Both the position numbers and the translations under genes were made by a program. From assembly GCA_041666645.1 (NCBI GenBank), contig JBAYGN010000001.1, positions 110,276-174,275 of the forward strand: a stretch of DNA of 64,000 nt, in the 5' to 3' direction. Positions 29,101 to 38,918 of this stretch are shown here, in pieces. Below the pieces are notes generated by a model that searched no databases, had not been told where the DNA came from, and saw only the letters and a program-made list of their open reading frames with translations. Source of the stretch: Minisyncoccota bacterium. Its GTDB lineage: Bacteria; Patescibacteriota; Minisyncoccia; Phycocordibacterales; UBA5272. Within the stretch, counting starts at the first letter, position 1; each line of letters opens with the position of its first letter.

Positions 29101-29877
29101 TCAAGCAAAGATATGGGCGATAGAAAATATATCTATATCTGTGAACAACACAAATAAGAAAGCAATCATTATAAACGGTACAAATGGCATCGCGGTATTT
29201 TTAATTTCTTTTTTGCGTCTCATTAGATAAATAACAACACCAACAATAGCCCCAATCCAAACAGAAATGAAAAGAACAGCTAGACCTTGAGCAACACCGA
29301 AGAAAGCGCCAACCCCCAAAAACAGCAACACGTCACCAAACCCTAACCCTTTGCCTTTTGTAATAATCCACATAATTAAAAATGGTAAAGCCACAATAAC
29401 AGGGGAAAGCAAAGTCAAACTTGATGGTTCGTTAATAAATCTTATAATGAGCATTATAAGAGTAAGAAGACAATAAGAAAACAGATATGCTACAGGAATA
29501 TATGTATGAAGTCTGTCATATAGAGAAATAACCCCGAGCGTTATAAATAGCAATGAGTAATATAGAAGCCATAAAGAAGATACGAAGACCGAGCCCTGTC
29601 CAGACAAAATAAAATGGTAGAGAGCAACATAAATCAATCCATAAAATACTTCAATGATTAATGCTGATATCCCATACTTAGATGTACAATAACGACATTT
29701 ACCTCGCAAAAACAAATACGATAATACAGGAATAAGGTCATACGCACGAAGTGCCTCTCCGCAAGAGAGGCACTTACTACGTGATTTTATTATTGGAGCT
29801 ACATGTAATCGTGTAGCAACAACCTGCACAAAACTTCCGATTGACGCGCCAAAGAAGAAAGATAAAAAATAGAACAC
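29101..29877 (-). CDS. pilD: Prepilin peptidase (A24 family)
   Basis: 258 aa, polytopic. N-terminal CLSCGE...CRYC zinc motif and GFGDVLL active-site region. Confidence 0.85.
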   Translation of the reverse strand: MFYFLSFFFGASIGSFVQVVATRLHVAPIIKSRSKCLSCGEALRAYDLIPVLSYLFLRGKCRYCTSKYGISALIIEVFYGLIYVALYHFILSGQGSVFVSSLWLLYYSLLFITLGVISLYDRLHTYIPVAYLFSYCLLTLIMLIIRFINEPSSLTLLSPVIVALPFLIMWIITKGKGLGFGDVLLFLGVGAFFGVAQGLAVLFISVWIGAIVGVVIYLMRRKKEIKNTAMPFVPFIMIAFLFVLFTDIDIFSIAHIFA

Positions 29878-29886
29878 AGAATGTAA

Positions 29887-30501
29887 TTATTGCTGAGTGG
29901 TAGTATCGTACACGCAATCAGATGTTAACTGACATGTGGTTGTACCTGTATCAGCTCCGTTAAAATCGGCATTTGTGGCAGTACCAATCATACCAGAAAC
30001 CCATGATGAGTATGTTGATGTAATAGGTGTTGATGTGTTAAACCACACACAATTTCCAGGAGCAATATTTACGCCGGCAGTTGCACCAGTACAGTCCCGG
30101 TCATTATTCAAAGCTTCAGCAAATACATCCATATGAACGCCTAGGTGATAACCGAAATATTGAGACGCCCCACCAAGAGGAGCGGCACTATATACTACGT
30201 ACGCAAATCTATCGCGCACTGGAGCCTGAGTTGTTGCATAAGATGGAAGTACCGGCATGTACTGTGGGGAAAGTTGACTAAGACTAGCTGGATAATCTCC
30301 ATTATTCCCCTCTGCATATTGATCAAGAGCAAGACGCATAGCATCAAGTTCGGCTAGTTTCTTTGCATCCTTTGCCTTTTTACGAGCGTTTTGAATCGGA
30401 GCTGCAATAACTGTTGATAAAAGACCGATAATAGCAATAACCACTAGAAGTTCAATAAGTGTAAATCCCCGTAAACCTTTTTTTGTAAATATTTGTGACA
30501 T
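29887..30501 (-). CDS. Type IV major pilin-like protein
   Basis: 204 aa with the motif RGFTLIELLVVIAIIGLLSTVIA. Separate transcription unit downstream of the pilC terminator. Confidence 0.85.
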   Translation of the reverse strand: MSQIFTKKGLRGFTLIELLVVIAIIGLLSTVIAAPIQNARKKAKDAKKLAELDAMRLALDQYAEGNNGDYPASLSQLSPQYMPVLPSYATTQAPVRDRFAYVVYSAAPLGGASQYFGYHLGVHMDVFAEALNNDRDCTGATAGVNIAPGNCVWFNTSTPITSTYSSWVSGMIGTATNADFNGADTGTTTCQLTSDCVYDTTTQQ

Positions 30502-30612
30502 AATTTTCTATCTTTTAGTAGATATTAATAAGTATAGTACCACATGAAAAAAGCGCAAGGGATAGTGGGGATAAGTATTTTTGGTAAATTTTTGACGGAT
30601 TAAAATTGGAGA

Positions 30613-30649
30613 AATATAAGAGCAACTACTTCGTAGTTGCTCTTATATT
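30613..30649 (-). terminator. Intrinsic terminator after pilC
   Basis: AATATAAGAGCAACTAC ttcg TAGTTGCTCTTATATT. Confidence 0.7.
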
Positions 30650-30689
30650 TATATCTATTAAAACCGACAATTATTATCCATTACTTGAC

Positions 30690-31907
30690 TTAAGTTATCG
30701 CAGATGAAAGTGAGTACATAGGTAGAAGTACAGATGAAACAAGAACACCCACAGCAAGACCAAGCCCAACTATCATAGCAGGTTCAATCAATCCGATAAC
30801 ATTATCAATAGCTGTATCTAATTCACGTCTATAAAATGTCGCCAAATTTTTCAAAATATAACCTAGTTCACCTGTTTCTTCTCCGATGTGCACCATCTGC
30901 ACGAGAATGTTTGGTACAAGAGGTTCTTCGTATAAAGCTTTTGAGAAAGCTGTTCCTGTTTGTACTTTATTTGAGACACGAATTAACAAATCTTTATAGA
31001 CAGCATTTTCTACAACTTCTGATGTTATTTCTATAGATCTTACTATAGGTACACCACTGGAGAGCATTGTATTCATGTTATCTGCAAGGCGTTGAAGAAA
31101 TATTCTTTGAAATAAAGTCTTAAAAACTGGCGCTTTAGTTTTTATTTCATCAATTTTTCTAGAACCAGTTTCTGTTTGAGCCCATCTATAGAAAAACCAA
31201 CCAGCGACAACAATTACAGGAAATGACACCATTCCATACTTCACAAAAATATCAGAGACAGACAAAACAATTTTTGTAATCATTGGGAGTTCTGCTCCTT
31301 GGTCGGCAAACATAGCTGCCATTTTAGGAATAACAAAGGTAAACATTGCAATCATTATAATGATAAAAGTTGCCACCACAAAGGTTGGGTACGTTAGAGC
31401 CTTTTTAACTTTTTGTCGCAATTCATAATCTCTATCCATATAATCGGCCAGGTACAAGAATGACTCATTTAATTTTCCACTTTCCTCACCTGCTTTTACC
31501 ATGTTCACATAAAACGGAGAAAAGAGAGTCGGTCGTCTAGATAAAGCGTCTGAAAGGGAAACACCAGACTCTATGTCATCAGCTACGTGCGTTAATTCTA
31601 ATGTCAGAGCTTTGTTTTCATTTTCAGAAGCTAATAGACGGAAAGCTTTAAGTGCAGAAACGCCAGCTTCAAAAAGAGTTGCTATTTGGCGTGAAAAAAT
31701 AACAATGTCTTTCAGTTGTATTTTTTGTTTAAAAATATTAATGTTCGCCAAAGACTCTAGCCCTCTAGGCTCAACCTTTTCTTTAATATCAACAATAGTG
31801 AGTCCGCGTTTTTGAAGAAGCGATACTGCATCGTCAATTGATGAACTCTCTATATCCGCTTCACCTTTTGTGCCATCCCCGCTAATTGCTATATAGTGAA
31901 AAATCAT
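30690..31907 (-). CDS. pilC: Type IV pilus platform protein (GspF/PilC family)
   Basis: 405 aa. Two T2SS-F repeats and 3 TM blocks, lying between the pilT and pilin genes. Confidence 0.9.
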   Translation of the reverse strand: MIFHYIAISGDGTKGEADIESSSIDDAVSLLQKRGLTIVDIKEKVEPRGLESLANINIFKQKIQLKDIVIFSRQIATLFEAGVSALKAFRLLASENENKALTLELTHVADDIESGVSLSDALSRRPTLFSPFYVNMVKAGEESGKLNESFLYLADYMDRDYELRQKVKKALTYPTFVVATFIIIMIAMFTFVIPKMAAMFADQGAELPMITKIVLSVSDIFVKYGMVSFPVIVVAGWFFYRWAQTETGSRKIDEIKTKAPVFKTLFQRIFLQRLADNMNTMLSSGVPIVRSIEITSEVVENAVYKDLLIRVSNKVQTGTAFSKALYEEPLVPNILVQMVHIGEETGELGYILKNLATFYRRELDTAIDNVIGLIEPAMIVGLGLAVGVLVSSVLLPMYSLSSAIT

Positions 31908-31919
31908 AGGTTAAATTAA

Positions 31920-32978
31920 TTAAATAAGACGTTCAAACATATTCTGACGTCTAGCAAATGACATAGCATCATCTTTTGTAATTTCACCGCGGCGTACAAG
32001 TTCTGCTAAGTTTCTATCGAAATCTATCATTCCTTCTTGTGAACCTGTTTCAATTATCACATCTATTTCATGTGTACGTTTTTCACGTATAATATTTGCC
32101 ACTGCAGGATTATTTAAAAGAAGCTCAAATACTGGGATGAGTCCGCCAGATATACGCGGAACAAGGCGTTGAGATAAAATACCCAGAAGAGAAGATGCAA
32201 GTTGCACACGAATTTGATCTTGTTGATCACCTGGAAAACTATCTATAATGCGGTCGACTGTTTGAGCGGCACTGTTTGCGTGCAAAGTAGACAAAACAAG
32301 GTGTCCTGTTTCAGCAGCTGTAACAGCGGCCGAAATAGTTTCCTTATCACGCATTTCACCAACCATTATAACGTCTGCATCCTGACGAAAAACATGGGTA
32401 AGAGCAGTGTTGAAATCTGACGTATCAACACCAACCTCTCGTTGTTCAATAAGTGATTTATCTTGGTCAAAACGAAACTCAATCGGGTCTTCAATTGTAA
32501 CAATGTGCCGTTTGGCTTCGCTATTAATAAGACCTATCATGGCCGACAATGTTGTGGACTTCCCCTGTCCTACTGGACCAACCACAAGAAAAAAACCTTG
32601 TCTTGCGCGAGCTATCTGTATTATCTGTTCAGGTAAACCAAGTTCTGAGACAGTTCTAACTTTTGGAATAAGACGTAATGCAATAGAAATATATCCACGT
32701 TGAAATGAAGCGTTACCTCTGAGACGATATTCTTTACGATGTTCATAAGAGAAATCTAGTTCTTGTTTTACAACAAAATTGGTGAGAGATTTTTCTCCAA
32801 CCATGACACGCAAAAACCCTAGTGTATCCTCTGCGGATAATTCTTTTTTTCTTGTAAGAGGGATAAGGTCACGATTCACACGAAGAGTTGGAAATGACCC
32901 AACAGTAAAGTGAAGGTCAGAGCCAGCCTCTTTTACAAGGGACATAATTAAATCGTCGAGCTCAGTTTCGTAGTTCAT
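31920..32978 (-). CDS. pilT: Twitching-motility retraction ATPase
   Basis: 352 aa. Walker A GPVGQGKSTT and the GEMRD and STLHAN motifs. Confidence 0.9.
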   Translation of the reverse strand: MNYETELDDLIMSLVKEAGSDLHFTVGSFPTLRVNRDLIPLTRKKELSAEDTLGFLRVMVGEKSLTNFVVKQELDFSYEHRKEYRLRGNASFQRGYISIALRLIPKVRTVSELGLPEQIIQIARARQGFFLVVGPVGQGKSTTLSAMIGLINSEAKRHIVTIEDPIEFRFDQDKSLIEQREVGVDTSDFNTALTHVFRQDADVIMVGEMRDKETISAAVTAAETGHLVLSTLHANSAAQTVDRIIDSFPGDQQDQIRVQLASSLLGILSQRLVPRISGGLIPVFELLLNNPAVANIIREKRTHEIDVIIETGSQEGMIDFDRNLAELVRRGEITKDDAMSFARRQNMFERLI

Positions 32979-33039
32979 AAATTAAGTATACCAGTCGAAA
33001 GTATAAAGTTGAAAGTTAAAAGTGGTGACAACTTATTTA

Positions 33040-34785
33040 TTACAATTCATTTATTTCTGTGAATGGTACGAGGCCATTTATACATTTTATAATTGCGTCT
33101 TCTTTCATTGTAATCATGCCAGTAGCGCGTGCTAATTTCCAAATCGCCTCTTCCCCTTCACTGTGAAGTACTGAAGCTTGTATTGCATCTGTAAAAGTAA
33201 GCACTTCAAACACAGGGACTCGACCTTTCATACCAGTTGCAAACTCTTTACTTGGTTTCGCTTCATGAAGTGGCTTATCAAGAGGCATTTTTGATTTGAA
33301 TTCATCCGGTAAGTCTTTAAACTGCTCTTGAATCATTTGTGTTAAACCTTCATTCATAACCATAGGAACACCACAACCTTCTGCTATTCTTCTTGAAAGT
33401 CTCTGACCTATTGTTGCAATAAGTGTTGGTGCAATAAGGTATGGTTCTATACCCATATCAAGTAAACGTGTCACCACACCTATAGCTGTGTTGGTGTGAA
33501 TTGTAGAAAACACCAAGTGACCAGTAAGCGCAGCTTGAATGGCTAGCTGAGCTGTTTCTGCATCACGAATTTCTCCCACCATAATAACGTCTGGATCTTG
33601 TCGAAGTATAGAACGAAGCCCAGACGCGAAAGTGTAACCAATTTCTGGAAAAACTTGGGACTGGTTCATGCCAGCAACGTTATATTCAATCGGATCCTCA
33701 AGAGAGACCACGTTACGATGCTCGCGGTCTATTTCATTTAACATGGCGTACAGCGTTGTTGTTTTTCCACTTCCTGTAGGTCCACAAATAAGAATCATTC
33801 CATAAGGTCTTCCGAGAGCATTTCGTATCTCTTTCATTTGCTGTTCTGAAAAACCAAGAGTATCTATTGGTCTAACACCTTTATAGCTATCCAAAATACG
33901 GATAACCACTTTTTCTCCGTAATAACCAGGGAATGTTGAAACGCGATAATCAATTGTATGGTCAGCAAATTTTGTACTAAAGCGACCATCTTGAGGCTTG
34001 CGTTTTTCATCAAGCTTCATCAAACAGAGAATCTTCACACGGGCAATGACCATTGGGTGCATCTTTATTGGTAAAGTGGTTATTGTTTCAAGCTGTCCAT
34101 CTAATCTAATACGCACCCGAACCGAGGTTCCGATATGTTCAATGTGTATATCACTGGCACCGTTATCAATAGCGTAACGCAATATAATACTAAAAATTTC
34201 TGGAATTGGTAGCTTTGCCAAATCCTCATCTATTCCACCAGCAATATCCGTAAGATCTATATTTTCACCCGATACCTCTTTATCTTTTTCTCCTGCATCT
34301 TTTGAAACATATGAAAGAAGAGAGTCATCAACTTTCGCCGTTAAACTAGCTTTTTCTACTGGGGCAGCCACCGCCATGCCAAAATGTTTCTTATAAGCAT
34401 CGTATGTAATCAAATAAACCTTATAAGGTTGATGACTAGCACCGAAAAGAAACTGAAGGCTATCTAGGACGTTAGCATGTTCTGGGTCAACAACCCCAAC
34501 CAACAAAATACCATCCCTAACTTCCAAAGGAATAGCAAGTAATTGTTTTGATTGTGCAATACTAATATATTTCGTTAGCTCTTTATCTTCCGAAATTTCT
34601 TCTTTAAAAATAGGCAGTCCGTATAAAACACTTCTTACCTCAACAACATCTTCTGTTTTGACCCCTTTTTGAGCAAGGGCATCATCAATAAGAATATCGT
34701 CACGAAGAGAAAGATCAGATAAAATATCCTTTGCTTCAAGTTCAGTTAATTTATTTTGGCTAACGAATAGATCTAGTAGAAGCAT
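33040..34785 (-). CDS. pilB: Type IV pilus assembly ATPase (GspE/PilB family)
   Basis: 581 aa. Walker A GPTGSGKTTT and the GEIRD and STIHTN motifs. N-terminal GSPII_E-like domain. Confidence 0.9.
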   Translation of the reverse strand: MLLLDLFVSQNKLTELEAKDILSDLSLRDDILIDDALAQKGVKTEDVVEVRSVLYGLPIFKEEISEDKELTKYISIAQSKQLLAIPLEVRDGILLVGVVDPEHANVLDSLQFLFGASHQPYKVYLITYDAYKKHFGMAVAAPVEKASLTAKVDDSLLSYVSKDAGEKDKEVSGENIDLTDIAGGIDEDLAKLPIPEIFSIILRYAIDNGASDIHIEHIGTSVRVRIRLDGQLETITTLPIKMHPMVIARVKILCLMKLDEKRKPQDGRFSTKFADHTIDYRVSTFPGYYGEKVVIRILDSYKGVRPIDTLGFSEQQMKEIRNALGRPYGMILICGPTGSGKTTTLYAMLNEIDREHRNVVSLEDPIEYNVAGMNQSQVFPEIGYTFASGLRSILRQDPDVIMVGEIRDAETAQLAIQAALTGHLVFSTIHTNTAIGVVTRLLDMGIEPYLIAPTLIATIGQRLSRRIAEGCGVPMVMNEGLTQMIQEQFKDLPDEFKSKMPLDKPLHEAKPSKEFATGMKGRVPVFEVLTFTDAIQASVLHSEGEEAIWKLARATGMITMKEDAIIKCINGLVPFTEINEL

Positions 34786-35098
34786 ATGGTATGAATGGGT
34801 CTAAACGTCCACGGGAATCCGTAGGACCAATTGTCACAGAAAAATCTTGCAGTTGTTTTACGAGCTGAGAGTTCATAAGTGACGACTCCTTAAACGAAAG
34901 TTTATCCTGGTTAACGGCTTTTAGAAAAACAATAAAATTAGTACCGAGTAATTGTTGATTAATGGAGTTTTGTGTTGTTGTAGAAGTTGGCTCACTAAAT
35001 GCTGTATAAAGATAATAAATACCACCCAAAAATAGAACTAAAACTACTATTTCTGTAATCAGGGTTTTCTTTTGTAAAAAAAATGTTGGTACTTGCAT
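34760..35098 (-). CDS. Hypothetical single-TM protein in the pilMNO block
   Basis: 112 aa. TM segment LITEIVVLVLFLGGIYYLY. It overlaps the pilB start by 26 nt. Confidence 0.5.
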   Translation of the reverse strand: MQVPTFFLQKKTLITEIVVLVLFLGGIYYLYTAFSEPTSTTTQNSINQQLLGTNFIVFLKAVNQDKLSFKESSLMNSQLVKQLQDFSVTIGPTDSRGRLDPFIPYASTRSIR

Positions 35099-35099
35099 A

Positions 35100-35651
35100 T
35101 TATTTCATGTAATAGGTTTCAAGTTTAACTTGAAAATCAATTAAGGAAGAATCCTTAGCGGAAACATTGAACGTAACGTTTTTAATTGTGAATAACCGTA
35201 AACTTGTTTCATAATTATGCATCAATTCTTTAAATTTTGAATATGTAGTTGTAACAGAAAATGATACTGAATATATTCCGTAATTACCCATTACTAACGG
35301 GTTAGATATATAATTCAAATCACTTAAAGCCACACCTGTTTGTCCGGCAATATTACTAACTTCATTCAAAAGTCGAATTGGGTCAACACTATCTGGAACC
35401 ATAAGCTTTGTTTTTTGTTTTGTGTCATCCGACACAGAATTATATTGAGAGCTTAATGATTGAGCTTGTGTATATAAAACATCAGCTTGATTTAGTGTTT
35501 CAGTATATTGTGTATTTAAATCACGCAATGATTTAACTGACTGTGTAGGCTGCCACACACCACCAATACCTGTGTAAAGAGGATTTATAAACACATAATA
35601 AATAGCAAACGATCCAACGGCAAGCAAAAGTTTTAAAATATTTTTTGACAT
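35100..35651 (-). CDS. PilO-like pilus assembly protein
   Basis: 183 aa. N-terminal TM plus coiled-coil region, in the position after the PilN-like gene. Confidence 0.55.
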   Translation of the reverse strand: MSKNILKLLLAVGSFAIYYVFINPLYTGIGGVWQPTQSVKSLRDLNTQYTETLNQADVLYTQAQSLSSQYNSVSDDTKQKTKLMVPDSVDPIRLLNEVSNIAGQTGVALSDLNYISNPLVMGNYGIYSVSFSVTTTYSKFKELMHNYETSLRLFTIKNVTFNVSAKDSSLIDFQVKLETYYMK

Positions 35652-35655
35652 ATTT

Positions 35656-36447
35656 TTATGGGTTTTTGTTCATACTAGATGTGGCAGTGCTTGTTGATGT
35701 GGTTGGTATCTGTGGTGCACCGTTAGCGGTTTGTAATTCAGGGGTAATCTCCGTTGAGGTTGAAACCATTGATTGAGTAGCGATATCGCTTTGGAGTAGT
35801 AACCCTTCAGGTAGAACATCTACAATTCCTATAGGCATTTTAAGTGTAAAAGAAACAGCGCCAGTTTCATCTGGATGAACATCTCCAATACTTATACTTG
35901 GAATATAAGTATTGTATGGTTTACGTCTAAGTGTATCCATTTGTTCTGCTATAGAACGGTAATTTGGAGCAACAGCACCTAGCTGAAGTTCATACGTACG
36001 AAGACTTTCAGAAAAATGTAAGTCAAAACGTTTATATGTAACTGGATTTTCAACACTCTCTTCAATAATACGAAATGCCGCATTTACTGAAGGGTGTTCC
36101 TTTACAAGTTGATTAACGGCCTTAAGTCGGTTAGATAATTTTCGCATATCATTTAACGGTAGTGAGTCTAATTTTCCTTCATAGGAATCAATCTGGACTT
36201 TTCCTGATTCGACTTTAGATAAAAGATAATAATGATAACCAAAAAGAAAAGCGAGAGTGAGTATTGCTATGCCAAATATCCCTAAAAGTAATGTTTCTGT
36301 TAAATCCCTACCTTCACCAGTGTTACGAAAACCGAATGACATCGGTGTAGATGGTGTAGCAAGCTGAGGGGTTGATGTTACAGAAGTCTGCGAAGGTGAA
36401 GCTTCTTGTGTCTCTGTGCTTGTTGTTGGTTTGAATGAAAATGGCAT
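35656..36447 (-). CDS. PilN-like pilus assembly protein with a Ser/Thr/Pro-rich N-terminus
   Basis: 263 aa with one TM segment, LLLGIFGIAILTLAFLFGYHYYLL. It lies immediately after pilM. Confidence 0.55.
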   Translation of the reverse strand: MPFSFKPTTSTETQEASPSQTSVTSTPQLATPSTPMSFGFRNTGEGRDLTETLLLGIFGIAILTLAFLFGYHYYLLSKVESGKVQIDSYEGKLDSLPLNDMRKLSNRLKAVNQLVKEHPSVNAAFRIIEESVENPVTYKRFDLHFSESLRTYELQLGAVAPNYRSIAEQMDTLRRKPYNTYIPSISIGDVHPDETGAVSFTLKMPIGIVDVLPEGLLLQSDIATQSMVSTSTEITPELQTANGAPQIPTTSTSTATSSMNKNP

Positions 36448-36450
36448 GCT

Positions 36451-37524
36451 TTAAGATTGAGGAATTAATTTCTTCAGTGCGCAACCAATTGCAACTGCAT
36501 ATGTCGGTCCGACGCGTTCTATCATTTCATGAAGAAATGCAGGCACCTCGACTTGTTCAAACGGCGTTGCGATTCTTCCTGCAATGTGTACTGTATTATT
36601 ATATACATCAAGTACACCAGGAACACGCGCACCACCTCCTGATAAAATTATTCCCTCTATGCTTTGATTATACTTTCTTTCGTACATAAGTGATAGACGT
36701 GCGACCTCACCAAACAGTGGATAACTAGAAAGTTGCATCACATCTTTAATATATAAATTTGAAGCATCACCTAAATATCCGAAAGTACGTTTTGTTTCCT
36801 CTGCTGTTTCGATGGGAACCGAAAGTGCTTTCGAAAGTTGCACGGTACTATCTTGTGAGCCGCGACTAATTACGTGCATATCAAGAACTGTTTGTTGGTG
36901 AATAAGAGACAATGTAGTGTATTGCGCTCCAATGTCTACGTACAAGACCATTCCCTGTGTTTTAGGAGCACAACTACGAAGTAGACTGTATCCGTGGATT
37001 TCATATTCAACATTGGTAAGCTCAAGTTTATTAACTATGCGATCGTATGTAGTCAAAGTTTCATTATTTACCGCTGCAAGTACTACGTTTATCATACGCT
37101 CTTCCGCTCCAATATTAATAGTTGTTGGTATATGCCACCAATCCATTTGAACCTCAGCAAGTGGCACTGGTATATATTTACGAGCCTCAAGTGGCATCAT
37201 TGTTCGTAATTGCGAATCATCAACTTTTGGAACTTTAATTAAGGCAACATATGCGGATGAAGGGTCAATTGCGACCACTGTGTCTCGTGCGGTTATCTTC
37301 GCTTCTTTAATAAGATCCTTAAGCGCTTCAATTGTTTTTTCTTCCCCTAAATGGACAGCTTGTCCGGCTTGCATCCCAGCATACGGTCCGAGTTCTATCT
37401 CTCCATAAGTGTCGAGAATTATTTTTTCTTTTTCACGACGAAGTTGCACAATTTTAATTGATGAAGATCCTATATCAAGACCTATAGCTTGCCCAGCTTC
37501 TTCTTTCTTAAAAAGATTAAACAT
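36451..37524 (-). CDS. pilM: Type IV pilus assembly protein PilM (actin-like ATPase fold)
   Basis: GLDIGSSSIKIV phosphate-1 motif. I prefer the ATG at 37524 (MFNLFKK...) over the track start at 37551, because a TATACT box lies 7 nt upstream of it. Confidence 0.85.
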   Translation of the reverse strand: MFNLFKKEEAGQAIGLDIGSSSIKIVQLRREKEKIILDTYGEIELGPYAGMQAGQAVHLGEEKTIEALKDLIKEAKITARDTVVAIDPSSAYVALIKVPKVDDSQLRTMMPLEARKYIPVPLAEVQMDWWHIPTTINIGAEERMINVVLAAVNNETLTTYDRIVNKLELTNVEYEIHGYSLLRSCAPKTQGMVLYVDIGAQYTTLSLIHQQTVLDMHVISRGSQDSTVQLSKALSVPIETAEETKRTFGYLGDASNLYIKDVMQLSSYPLFGEVARLSLMYERKYNQSIEGIILSGGGARVPGVLDVYNNTVHIAGRIATPFEQVEVPAFLHEMIERVGPTYAVAIGCALKKLIPQS

Positions 37525-37609
37525 ATAGATAAGTATAACGCAATAAAACAAAAATGCCTGTGTGTTATGTTTAGTTTCTAATTTTTAATTTTCAGTAATT
37601 GATAACTCA

Positions 37610-38284
37610 TTGTTAGCTCTCATCTATTTCCAAGATATAATATATGATATGCCAATATTGCGTTTATATTTTTCAAACATATTAAATATAATATTTCCTC
37701 CTGCATGTTATATTTGTCGTAAAAAGAATACTTCGCTATGTGATAGTTGTCTAAAAAATTTTGCAAAGTCTTTTGATAACCCTTTTATATATTCCGACAG
37801 TGTCTATAGTTTTAAAGACTTAAACATAAAACGCATTATTCATGCGATAAAGTATTATCACAGAAGTGATCTTGTAGAGCCAATTACTAGGGAACTCACG
37901 AAGCTGCTAATGGACTCAAAATACAATACACAAGAAATAAAATGGTGTATTGTTCCGATTCCAATGCCCAAAATACGAAAATACATTCGTGGGTACAATC
38001 AAGCTGAACTTATAGCTAAAGAGTTATCACAAAAAACCTCCATCCCAATAAAAAATAATGTTCTCACGCGAACTTACAGTCCAAAACGTCAAGTTAAATC
38101 TCACACACGTAATGAACGTCTAAAAAACCAACACAATAGTTTTCAAACAACCTCCAGTGTGAATGGATTAAACATAATTCTCGTAGATGATGTCATAACA
38201 ACCGGCGCAACAATTTTTGAGGCACGTAATATTCTACAAAAATCTGGAGCAAATAAAGTTGTCGCTATTTCTCTTGCTCATTAA
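37610..38284 (+). CDS. comFC: ComF family phosphoribosyltransferase-like competence protein
   Basis: N-terminal CYICRKK...CDSC zinc motif and PRTase motif ILVDDVITTGATI. The track start is a TTG; the first ATG is at 37649. Confidence 0.8.
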   Translation: MLALIYFQDIIYDMPILRLYFSNILNIIFPPACYICRKKNTSLCDSCLKNFAKSFDNPFIYSDSVYSFKDLNIKRIIHAIKYYHRSDLVEPITRELTKLLMDSKYNTQEIKWCIVPIPMPKIRKYIRGYNQAELIAKELSQKTSIPIKNNVLTRTYSPKRQVKSHTRNERLKNQHNSFQTTSSVNGLNIILVDDVITTGATIFEARNILQKSGANKVVAISLAH

Positions 38285-38340
38285 AAATGAAAAAAACGAT
38301 GACGCTTATAGCATCATCGTTTTGTTTTCAGTCTAATTAT

Positions 38341-38817
38341 CTATTGATTCCCTCTTCCAAAAAATCCACGTAAAAAATTAATAAAATTTGGTAAACCAAT
38401 CTGTGTTCCTATTTGAAGACCATCTTGTTGTCTGTTTTGTTGTGGTCGCTCTACGTCATCATCTTCCATCATTGGACGAGTGCTTGTACTATCATCAAAA
38501 GGAACGCCCATTTTCCTTCCCTCGTCCATTCCACGCTTTTCACCACGCACCATACCTAATGGAGTTGTCGTTGATGCAGGGCGGTTTACTTTAGCTGCTT
38601 CGAGCGCATTTTTTATTTTAATCATGTACTCATCGCGAATTGCTTGTATTCTACTTTCCATTTCCCTATTAAGGGCTTTAATCTGTTCTCCAACAGGACC
38701 ACTTAGTGTTGTTACTTGTGGTCTATTTTCTCGTTCTTGGTTCACTCCACCCATTTGCGCGCTAGCGAAAGTAACGCTTGCGAGTGCTATAGCTGTTGTT
38801 ATATATAATTTATTCAT
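38341..38817 (-). CDS. Hypothetical secreted protein
   Basis: 158 aa with the signal-peptide-like N-terminus MNKLYITTAIALASVTFASAQ. Confidence 0.5.
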   Translation of the reverse strand: MNKLYITTAIALASVTFASAQMGGVNQERENRPQVTTLSGPVGEQIKALNREMESRIQAIRDEYMIKIKNALEAAKVNRPASTTTPLGMVRGEKRGMDEGRKMGVPFDDSTSTRPMMEDDDVERPQQNRQQDGLQIGTQIGLPNFINFLRGFFGRGNQ

Positions 38818-38918
38818 GTTTGTTTTAATTTAAGACCATTAAAGAAAACTAGCTAGTCTTTAACCTAAGTATAGTTTATTAAAAAACTATCAGGTGTGGA
38901 CAGAAAAAGGTTTATATA

